DNA of 64,000 nt from Schmidtea polychroa (Eukaryota), in NCBI GenBank assembly GCA_044892525.1, contig CM097888.1, positions 28,024,001-28,088,000 of the forward strand, read 5' to 3'. Under the pieces are notes generated by a model. It saw only the letters and a program-made list of their open reading frames with translations, was not told where the DNA came from and made no database searches. Positions within the stretch are counted from its first letter, which is position 1, and every line of letters begins with the position of its first letter. Positions 59,901 through 64,000 of the stretch are shown one piece after another. The position numbers were made by a program, and so were the translations under genes.

Positions 59901-62425
59901 ATATACTTCTTTATTATCGCTTTTTCCTCGTTTGGTATTAGATCTTTTTCGTTTCTTTCTAGTTTCATTATCTTTTGTAAGAAGCGTTTATATGGTATAA
60001 GGTCGATGAACTCCTGGTTTCTTACTACTACTGGAAGTATTTCCTTTACTTGTTTTATCGCTTCTTCTCTTTCTTTTCTCAATTTCATTTCGATATTCTC
60101 GTCTTCGCTTTCGCTTGTCACGTCGCTTTCTCTTTCATCCTCATCTGCTCCGATCTTTTCTCTTAGTTGGTCGATATTTTCATTTAACTGTAACATTTCT
60201 CCACCAAGGCTACTCACATAATCCTCATCGTCATCTGTTGACAACACCTTCTTTGTTGTCCTCATCATATTAATTCGTAAATTTTTCATTCTTGGTACTT
60301 TCTTTAACTTTTTGTTCTCGAGTATCGTTAGCTCCTCTGAGTCTAATTCTCGTATCATATTATGCTTTAGATGATTAATCTGTTTTCCATTTTCGTTATT
60401 TTCTGCTTCTGCTTCTGTTTTTGTTTGCTCATTTTCTCTTTCGATTTTATCTTTTATCTTTTTCCAAAATATTTTCTGAATTCTCTGATTTCCTTTTAGC
60501 GGTGTTGTTGAATTTTCCTTTTTTGCTGCTGGAATTGTTTCTTTCGGTTTCTCTGGTTCGCTCATAGGTACAACTCTTGGATTTTTACCGTAATTGTAAC
60601 AATATTGCTCCTTTATCTCCTTTACCATCCTCATCATATTTATTCGTAGTGGTTGTTCTTGTCGCTGCTGAATTCGCTCTCTTTTTATCCTTTCTTCTTC
60701 AGCTTGTAGTCTTTGCCATTCTTGTGCATGTTGTTGCACTTCATAATTGTTAAGATTCTCGGTGCTTCTCATCATGCGTATATTCTGGGTTTGTTGTGGT
60801 ACTTGCTCTTGTCTCGGTCTCATCATTTGTTGCATCATCTGCTTCATTTGTGAAATTTCTTGCATCACATTCATTTGCTTTCCCTCACTAGGATTACTTT
60901 GTCGTTGCGGATTTGGTGCATAGTTATTATTTCGCTGTGGTGGTCGTTGCTGTTGGCTCCTTTCTCGACAGTCTCTTGAGATATGACCTGGTTGCCCGCA
61001 GTTAAAACATCCTCTCGATTGGCATATATTTTCCGTGTGTCCTCGTCGTCCACACCTATTGCAATTTGCGTTTCGGTAACAATCTCTATCCCAATGTCCT
61101 GGTTTACCGCATGTTCGGCATTGTTTGTTATCGTTCATATTTCGTCGATTATTAAAGTTGTTCCCATTGTTTGAGTTGTTGCGTTCACTGTTATTCCCGT
61201 TTGATCGTCCTTGTGGTGGTTTGAAAATTTGATGCGCACCTGGTATAAACTGATTCATCTTTGGTTCATGATTATTGTTATCTCCATTTTCCGTTTTCAC
61301 CGCTGCTGTTGCGATTCTTCCTTCCTCCTGCATGACATTCATTTGTGCCGGGAGGTGTAGTTCGCATCTTGTGGCCCAATCTATAGCTTCCTCTAGTGTT
61401 TTACACATTTGACATCCCACCGAGGCCCTTACCTCTTCTCGGCGTAGTCCTTCTATGAAGTACCCAATTAAGTTTTCCTCCGGCAAGTTTCCGTTCATGG
61501 CCTTCTTTGCCAATCTTCGCAATTCACTTGCGTATAACGTAATTGACTCGTTTGCTCTTTGTTTTCTACTTGCCAGTTCACCTAACGCTTGATTTATCGG
61601 TTTGCTGGCTCCGAATGTTTTTCTCAAGAATGTTTTGATGTTTTCCCAATTGTCTAATTTCGTATTTCTTTCTTTTGCTTCCAGATACACTTCGAGTGCG
61701 CTATCGCACAAAAACAGAGGCATTCGTTTACTAATTGCTTCGGATGTCCATCCACACACATCGATATAGACTTCAAAATTGGTTATGAACGTTGCCAACT
61801 TGTTCGCATTCCCGTTGAACGGTTCGCCTCTAAATTTTTCTTTATATTCGTCGGTTTTTGCTACATTCATCTTGATTGGTTCTTGAAATGCTAAAATTTC
61901 TTTTAAATTTTCTAATGATGTAGCTAAATTATGGACGGATAATTCTTCTGTTGACCCGGTTAGGTTGTTTGTTATATCGGATAGACTTTCTCTACTTCTA
62001 GATCGACTGGGCGTATGTCCGGCTGTGGGGTTTTCTTGATCGTATATCGGTGTTTTGTGGGGTCTTTTTGCTCCTTGTGATATTCCTCTCTGCTGCCTAA
62101 ATGATCGTCCTCTTTTGAGTTGATCTAATTCGTCTCCTGAAAATAATACGTCTCCTGGCTTACTTGAAGATCTAAGGTTGGGTTTATCCGTGATTTTCCT
62201 TTTACTCTTTTCTGTCTTTTCACGTGGATTTTCTACGGTTAGCGTCTGCTGAATTGGTCGAGTTCGGTTTTGATATTGTCTTCCTTTGTGCGGGTTCTGA
62301 ATTGCTTTTCCTGGGTTGTTTGTATATTCTCTGGATTCCTCTTGAGCTGGTTCTGAATTGACTTGGTTGGATTGATGTCTACAATGAAAATATGATATCG
62401 TGTTGCCTTTGCTTACACGAATCAA
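47999..62425 (-). CDS. 4808-aa Gag-Env-Pol-ankyrin polyprotein
   Basis: Gag MHR-like RKQRANESITLYASELRRLA; 3 CCHC knuckles (~60965-61130); glycoprotein from 57016; protease IDTGA (D at 54637); RT YIDD (53419); RNase H (~53010-52620); integrase HHCC, D-D-E and GPY; ankyrin repeats; terminal TM. First ATG is at 61870. Confidence 0.95.
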   Translation of the reverse strand: MIRVSKGNTISYFHCRHQSNQVNSEPAQEESREYTNNPGKAIQNPHKGRQYQNRTRPIQQTLTVENPREKTEKSKRKITDKPNLRSSSKPGDVLFSGDELDQLKRGRSFRQQRGISQGAKRPHKTPIYDQENPTAGHTPSRSRSRESLSDITNNLTGSTEELSVHNLATSLENLKEILAFQEPIKMNVAKTDEYKEKFRGEPFNGNANKLATFITNFEVYIDVCGWTSEAISKRMPLFLCDSALEVYLEAKERNTKLDNWENIKTFLRKTFGASKPINQALGELASRKQRANESITLYASELRRLAKKAMNGNLPEENLIGYFIEGLRREEVRASVGCQMCKTLEEAIDWATRCELHLPAQMNVMQEEGRIATAAVKTENGDNNNHEPKMNQFIPGAHQIFKPPQGRSNGNNSERNNSNNGNNFNNRRNMNDNKQCRTCGKPGHWDRDCYRNANCNRCGRRGHTENICQSRGCFNCGQPGHISRDCRERSQQQRPPQRNNNYAPNPQRQSNPSEGKQMNVMQEISQMKQMMQQMMRPRQEQVPQQTQNIRMMRSTENLNNYEVQQHAQEWQRLQAEEERIKRERIQQRQEQPLRINMMRMVKEIKEQYCYNYGKNPRVVPMSEPEKPKETIPAAKKENSTTPLKGNQRIQKIFWKKIKDKIERENEQTKTEAEAENNENGKQINHLKHNMIRELDSEELTILENKKLKKVPRMKNLRINMMRTTKKVLSTDDDEDYVSSLGGEMLQLNENIDQLREKIGADEDERESDVTSESEDENIEMKLRKEREEAIKQVKEILPVVVRNQEFIDLIPYKRFLQKIMKLERNEKDLIPNEEKAIIKKYMEKMKQAETTRYVIKIGTSKGLERIWIKNAVTDELFDWIREHLGSSRKKEYLYQYQGEQIKPDMHLIDALIWPGETQILKLYKEKQPANIHEWAKDAKAEYDFNIKLKLEQIKQCTLRRNLDKLIKQIQEQVEDNWDLLIARRTPDMHELMSRLRDTELLRMSDWRTINLIHKYGRLKETQPQKLEITIWLPNEEKRRIKMSNQSTVDDLVTKINQEITEKVRSESSDGMIDDVVMMYDKIILRAEDDTSLSEMGMWDNHQIIRILPMDEFRTRDITYQKEIRDRMKTLYQKSVEIIEIHQQWLKEKELQGKIKKLSVRSCRRTPWERTWNAENKEWEIRKGIFVETDIGEIESESEEEEDEPPKYEEDEIESTSDDESETDVTSESETETRHIHAMRKKEREYADMDSEEAMEAREREEKERYKQLGDILATGTKNQKRQVIALANIILKTSENIHNLREMAKAIEEYRQYNEWYPEQLEQIIRKWRNQEWAQDTQERYRIRVKYPDKSIEDTEVHPTTKIRELKKKLAYETPFHLQLFGKSLDDNADVGITPMRLGEINVLTMAETLGKPIKRKSKSSKPTKGSLSTPSPNKVASKTNETEEIEEIILEDSDEGAGERSPILVRWPTGAEIWTTSQPSTSYQQPNKLSIEEIIDNTTETETDEQFQRQKGPTKATPEGQTDKIIDEWNEWLRNNDSSLPRTDNERNPNYENTREAGTMMEKRAKGRPKKQGEKPEFKTREQLKQEQGQVRLEKLDKIVWDLKEAQPTIERGEKWIRELVKDMLIITNPQLRRLWQRKVASVDARQLWNTISGIIPKLIKEKTKTTKTDWEETRRVIEQLTLNANDDEHHLVVLTYLMYNLMGLAARKIPNKQFANHVEMTVTIIENTIEPHIIRAGGWKRLIQAPRKNEQERSMQIRLKKLLNKLEWELPLKDPASRKASINSLMMTMMIWMLCTSGAAGFTIYDCDNSIIGERYSLRDIEECRQASPNKLDIVKKKVSYHVYQESDFIRTQARECVVSKKVLAYYCGQYSYSTLILPGLDKEIVPIQREDCKELFRTGAMRIRDGVTIHGQSGMIKTESIYVAGRVKSTDGSCNGGTYTIRGEVISGVVVIESYTVELKEYEAQFDANNYQMKTNPACRATENVCRTGISTIIYEANTQKCRLQLLKSALFNEVKGEIYENEDDDEENGNVRMRNGKPVPPSPKEKRLTTQKTPTALITDDPDIGMRFIREKETTKCDSIVYRTNYAGIYMSRQVIDRAVGKVATEDVKLYLYANNKMDFLFHRGQTTMQKVYYDLIQNDCSLNKEILKTKLAIAITHPDNTMPSLPLPDGHFGRMVGEVMYTYACTKTFARLPRKPTIPPGKCANELEISYKGRNRFVQPVTRIMNPIGFYPNTFNCSNAYGPLYEKPDGKWIMLPVKTEVQEPKKFGLIELATEQDFKPIDVSKAGMYSPEDLETARLNVLFPARRESILSNMVTITGGTNFQSGPNYELLLSPDHFQQATSNMMKAMWGRFLVFGQMMAGILGIILIIQIVRVILTQMLACFDIYKREKKVNWKLIVGFLPFLAKTMVLHGHSKDIHRIKRLIKILTKIKGTDEEVGRRFRKTMYDEATRTQLKKNKPKFLDRFRNRSNSSDSDDDDNGNDKYPYPSRNPNEKPIETAPYWEKEKTNTWIANGSYIPPDIVGQQTALTMTQNMYPQLPSQPGMNYMPTRRTKSVDQADDVRTIAVMSSPGGAAVTVMIQINGKETSAMIDTGANVSAIAINQIPSKCWKDIEQTTIHIIACSKETVDVVGRWWTTLRYQDNEIETYLAVIPKLSEPCIIGTDLMPELFKEVVIDLTTMCLKDKMGRICKMNAIIRCPEKIIVPAKSQMICQIKVDAGMEGEVIFEPSKSFEKRRELPLAREIITINEDGEIPINITNFEEEDKIIYENERLGRLTPMIDIELPKITNETTKADELWIIDSTLLTEKEKERLQQLLIEYKDIFAISDLDLGACDVTLHAIPLIDETPIALRPYKLAEKQKEIAEAEVQKMLDAQVIEPSCSPWQFPVVMVKKKDGTQRFCIDYRKLNAVTKRDTYPLPDINEMLLMLQGAAYFTSLDLKSGYWQIKVKEEDKEKTAFTLGRDLYQFRKMPFGLTNAPASFQRCMNFVTHGIKQCMVYIDDLLIYSATFEQHLEDIRNVFVRLRQWKLKLKPSKCDWAKEKVTFLGHIVSAKGKEPDPRNIEKIKTCPAPKTVTQVQEFLGLCGYYRKFIKNYAGIAKPIQELVKKDISFIWGAEQQKAFETLRDKLIEAPILVHPDFKKPFLLATDASGYAAGAILGQLDEEGKERVIGYYSRTFKKHEKNYSVTEREALAIIQAIKHFRYLLWGHEICITTDHQPLVWLGQHKEASSRLMRWAMQLQEYSPFIKFKAGRANANADCMSRFIFPDLVDHEMQRICLMVAEDLDFCQLRKDQQEDTELKQIIEYAKTGKAEVYEKDQKLKEHMDKHRHRYIIEKDWLLIMDGEKRLMCIPENRRKDLLTQYHDGRLGGHMSSKKTLARMKQKYFWPTLTEDVTEWVKNCITCATRKNTGTKWKAPLKPMPVPAEPMTMISMDVVGPLPESDRGNIYILVITDYLTKFPEAFAMADQKARTIAKILVEEICCRYGTPKQILTDQGTNFMSEIMSEVTNYFKIAKLRTSPYHPQTNGMTERFNGTLIQMLSNYVDRHQRDWDEYIKLCLMAYRMSIHASTKMSPFKLMYGRECNMPMDLEYQPPISQYMEIDDYVTKFKERMQEIWETAGLNIKFYQESYKELHDRKKNVKQHTFQTGDWVMIETPELIPGTTKKLQRNGKGPYEILFVGETNVRVRLVNNPFTRPIYVNVARCKPIPKTATSQPEGRTLTTRSQTYRINMLQQINEPTGNRLGLQPSEAEKIIKEVKVKMPGWAEDRLDFEILGGLLTMIENYANRERTHPLLRVVKSQWPILFTITDHYGDTPLHKLLKVGSNEQILETIEAFRDCNISTDQENNQGYTPLMIAANRDKAKDIIIALLETGSKITTQDHNQKNALHHAIEGKSTEAFIILVDLLSYEDNREIGNMYDGLLTAIKEKLITITGILIAWRNPIKNDYMVDINETFTKGENTLMREAMRGHHLFEIPNQLLQRGIKFSNHKDEQLIRKRIINFEKAISQFTDKVQVKFWETVNVLYMMENMNNIRETYLSIIQVLTAEERINNSNKKKIKRKKVKARESEEQVDQPITDIATTSKPKTINSDQEIVVRKAKEVFFEEMQDLSDEAILAKITKTVHTYARDQTTNLDIGKIKTFIPLAFTLPTKDSRTPLQQAILAAKENRAITIIRILRDFGEESNAKNEQGETAMMYAAITNIHPKTLHILHRSGSRLDEISNEGNSAMDWATIQPNLEMIRFICKNATRTEVENICKNTSQFQWNTIRMNLEAMKLLLTWRIPQSNKYAININEFYENGENAMVKNTLTKGGTPKIIMIVLNREDLKFTQNLNEQKRIGKHRRIQLRELVKEWNRKRHVATGRKEFELEAKLARNRVLTAYRRLLNDINVEDDIINDSGGDKDDKDDDNNEKSRNGNKEKEKSEENNQENNDASRKKEENNPRNRIKQEEKTNSGKQRVCLLFTNKEMETNMMIMILVLTMVEMITAQGGMRTIKEAKETENKDNKEEELKQEKKKQVQEQQWDLKEEWDLKERCILGRCMSRAYQRLVLKNEDAEPITEVRIQEAYRNREGKRITKVKGKEVHLGKGGEVVITQLQPRKEHKVCIARLRPGEDCLQYVIQQQPPKEYTICIWRKDTARECRRYPGKRGKKRKIDDEKDEQGKRKKNSEKHQDNYVSEEEMEKIQKMAKEGMNEEIARIRGMMKGNGKDGNLKSTEAISTITSKEKAEIISIKQMMWISGIIITGAFLIITGGTIKIIKDRRHHGELEMARIRNFQHRVKRPSNIKQEQWVEAWNAQRPPSSRI

Positions 62426-63089
62426 TCATTCCTTTTTGCCACATTCAAGCACAGACACCGTTTTAGGGCCTCTGTTATACTTCTCTTCATTTCCCCTCAT
62501 ACACTTCTTCGCGGAATATAATTACCCATCAACCCATATTTTTCGTCGATTTTAAATTATCTACTTGGGGTAGTAACAATTATCTATATAGTCGTATAAA
62601 TTATCTATAGTTAGCATTTATAATATCGATAGGTCGTTGTCAGTTACTGCTTATTACCTCCCATATTTTCTTAATCCTTTTACGCGGTTCCGCTATTTTA
62701 CTTAATCTTTCATCTCTGTTTCCCCTTATTTGGTTCTACTCTGTAACCAAAACAAAATTCGTTTAACCGGTTTAAACCAAAAAAATTCTGTAGAACTTTG
62801 TCTACTTATCTGGGATCCCTTTTAATTAATTAATCACCTTCCTCTTTTACTCATCACTTATTCTTTATTTTCATTATCTCTTTAATTCATTTTCCTTTTC
62901 AGTTTCTCTTTCTCACTGAAAAAAAAATTTCATTATTACCTCCCACGAGCTCGTTTAATCCTTTCTAAATTCAAATACCATATTTCAAACTCACTTTGCT
63001 TCTAGCTAGCTTTAATATTCCATCTCACTAGTAATTTAAATGTTATCAACTTGTAGCTTGAATGCTATCTCACTATTACTTTAGGCCTT

Positions 63090-63440
63090 TACGACTGGCT
63101 GGCACTTTTCAACAGCTCAATCTTCTTCTCCTGACCGGTTGGACTATTCAACAACTCGATCTTACGACTGGCTGGCACTATTCAACAGCTCAATCTTCTT
63201 CATCTCCGAACTGGCTGGACTTTTCACAGCTCAGTTTTAATTTTTCCTGACCGGCTGGACTTTTCAACAGCTCGGCCTTAATATCTCCGACTGGCTGGAC
63301 TTTTCACAGCTCAGTTTTAATTTTTCCTGACCGGCTGGACTTTTCAACAGCTCGGCCTTAATATCTCCGACTGGCTGGACTTTTCACAGCTCAGTTTCAA
63401 TTTCCCTGACCGGCTGGACTTTTCAACAGCTCGGCCTTAA
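63090..63440. repeat. Tandem repeat in the element's 5' leader (alternating ~39-40-bp subunits with core GAC(T/C)GGCTGGACTTTTC(A)ACAGCTC)
   Basis: About 9 subunits seen directly; the later ones form near-identical ~79-bp dimers. Confidence 0.9.
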
Positions 63441-64000
63441 TGTCTCTAACTCTGCATGCTTCCGTTCCTTTTCTGTCTTTATTCTATACTGTCATCTTCC
63501 TATTTTTACTTTTATTTGTCGACTTAATCTGTACCGCTTTGGAAGGTTTCCCCTTTCCCCCCTTGCTTAAAACGCAAAACGATCGCATTGATCCATTTCT
63601 ACATTGGTATGGTGATCAGCCATACCGCAGAAACTTTTCAATATTCGCGATGGTACCTCGCCTTACATCTCTTACTCGGGGTGATCGGTTGTCCCTTCCC
63701 AAATGGTTCCAATATCGTACCTCCCGAAGGTGGCTCGGTTTATTCCCCCTTTAGCACTATGATGGGACTAGTTCCACTTTAAATAATCAATTTAAATTTT
63801 TAAAATGCCCTTTCTTCATGGTGAAAATTATAACAACACAAATCGATTTATAACTTCGTATAATGAAATGAATGCACAGAAAGGATTTATTAGTTATTTA
63901 CTCCACATTACAGATAATATACGCTATCATTATAAAACATTACCGAATTAATTCAGAACAAAAATATCAAAAATGTTTAATCTAATTGTTAATCATCCAG

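Larger units (their letters stand above)
38712..64000 (-). mobile_element. Giant Ty3/Gypsy LTR retroelement (Burro-like), >25 kb within the window; 5' LTR beyond window end
   Basis: PR-RT-RH-IN order with Gypsy-type RT motifs, co-oriented accessory ORFs, and an LTR whose promoter points the same way and whose flanks do not form a TSD. Confidence 0.88.

Noticed and set aside
48138-61174. Dozens of plus-strand and alternate-frame ORFs overlapping the polyprotein and accessory ORFs
   Set aside because: Shadow ORFs produced by the strongly A-rich coding strand (F/L/S/I-rich translations, no motifs).
63090-63440. Repeat array superficially like a CRISPR array
   Set aside because: Eukaryotic context, intervening sequences repeat rather than being unique spacers, and no cas genes.
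62430-64000. Primer-binding site and 5' LTR of the giant element
   Set aside because: No match to the LTR terminus in this interval; they must lie beyond the window.

Overview
AT-rich eukaryotic genomic DNA with short (~45-55 bp) GT-AG introns and three N-gaps. It looks like a planarian flatworm genome, but that is inference. Host genes: GTF3C1 (minus strand, running off the window start), VPS25 and DOLPP1 (8 exons; a 9-kb intron holds a Tc1 element that is itself interrupted by a hAT element). The right 40% of the window (38712 to >64000, minus strand) is a giant, apparently young Ty3/Gypsy LTR retroelement resembling the planarian 'Burro' giants. It has one uninterrupted 4808-codon ORF ordered Gag (3 CCHC) - three ubiquitin-like domains - Bcl-2-like domain - chuvirus-type envelope glycoprotein - protease - RT - RNase H - integrase - two ankyrin clusters - second type-I membrane protein. 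Five intronless accessory ORFs follow, including a complete TRAF, and then a 4.2-kb LTR that carries its own ORF under purifying selection. A solo LTR of the same family, with a 4-bp target-site duplication (TSD), lies at 16207-20480. All domain calls come from manual motif recognition; no database searches were run.
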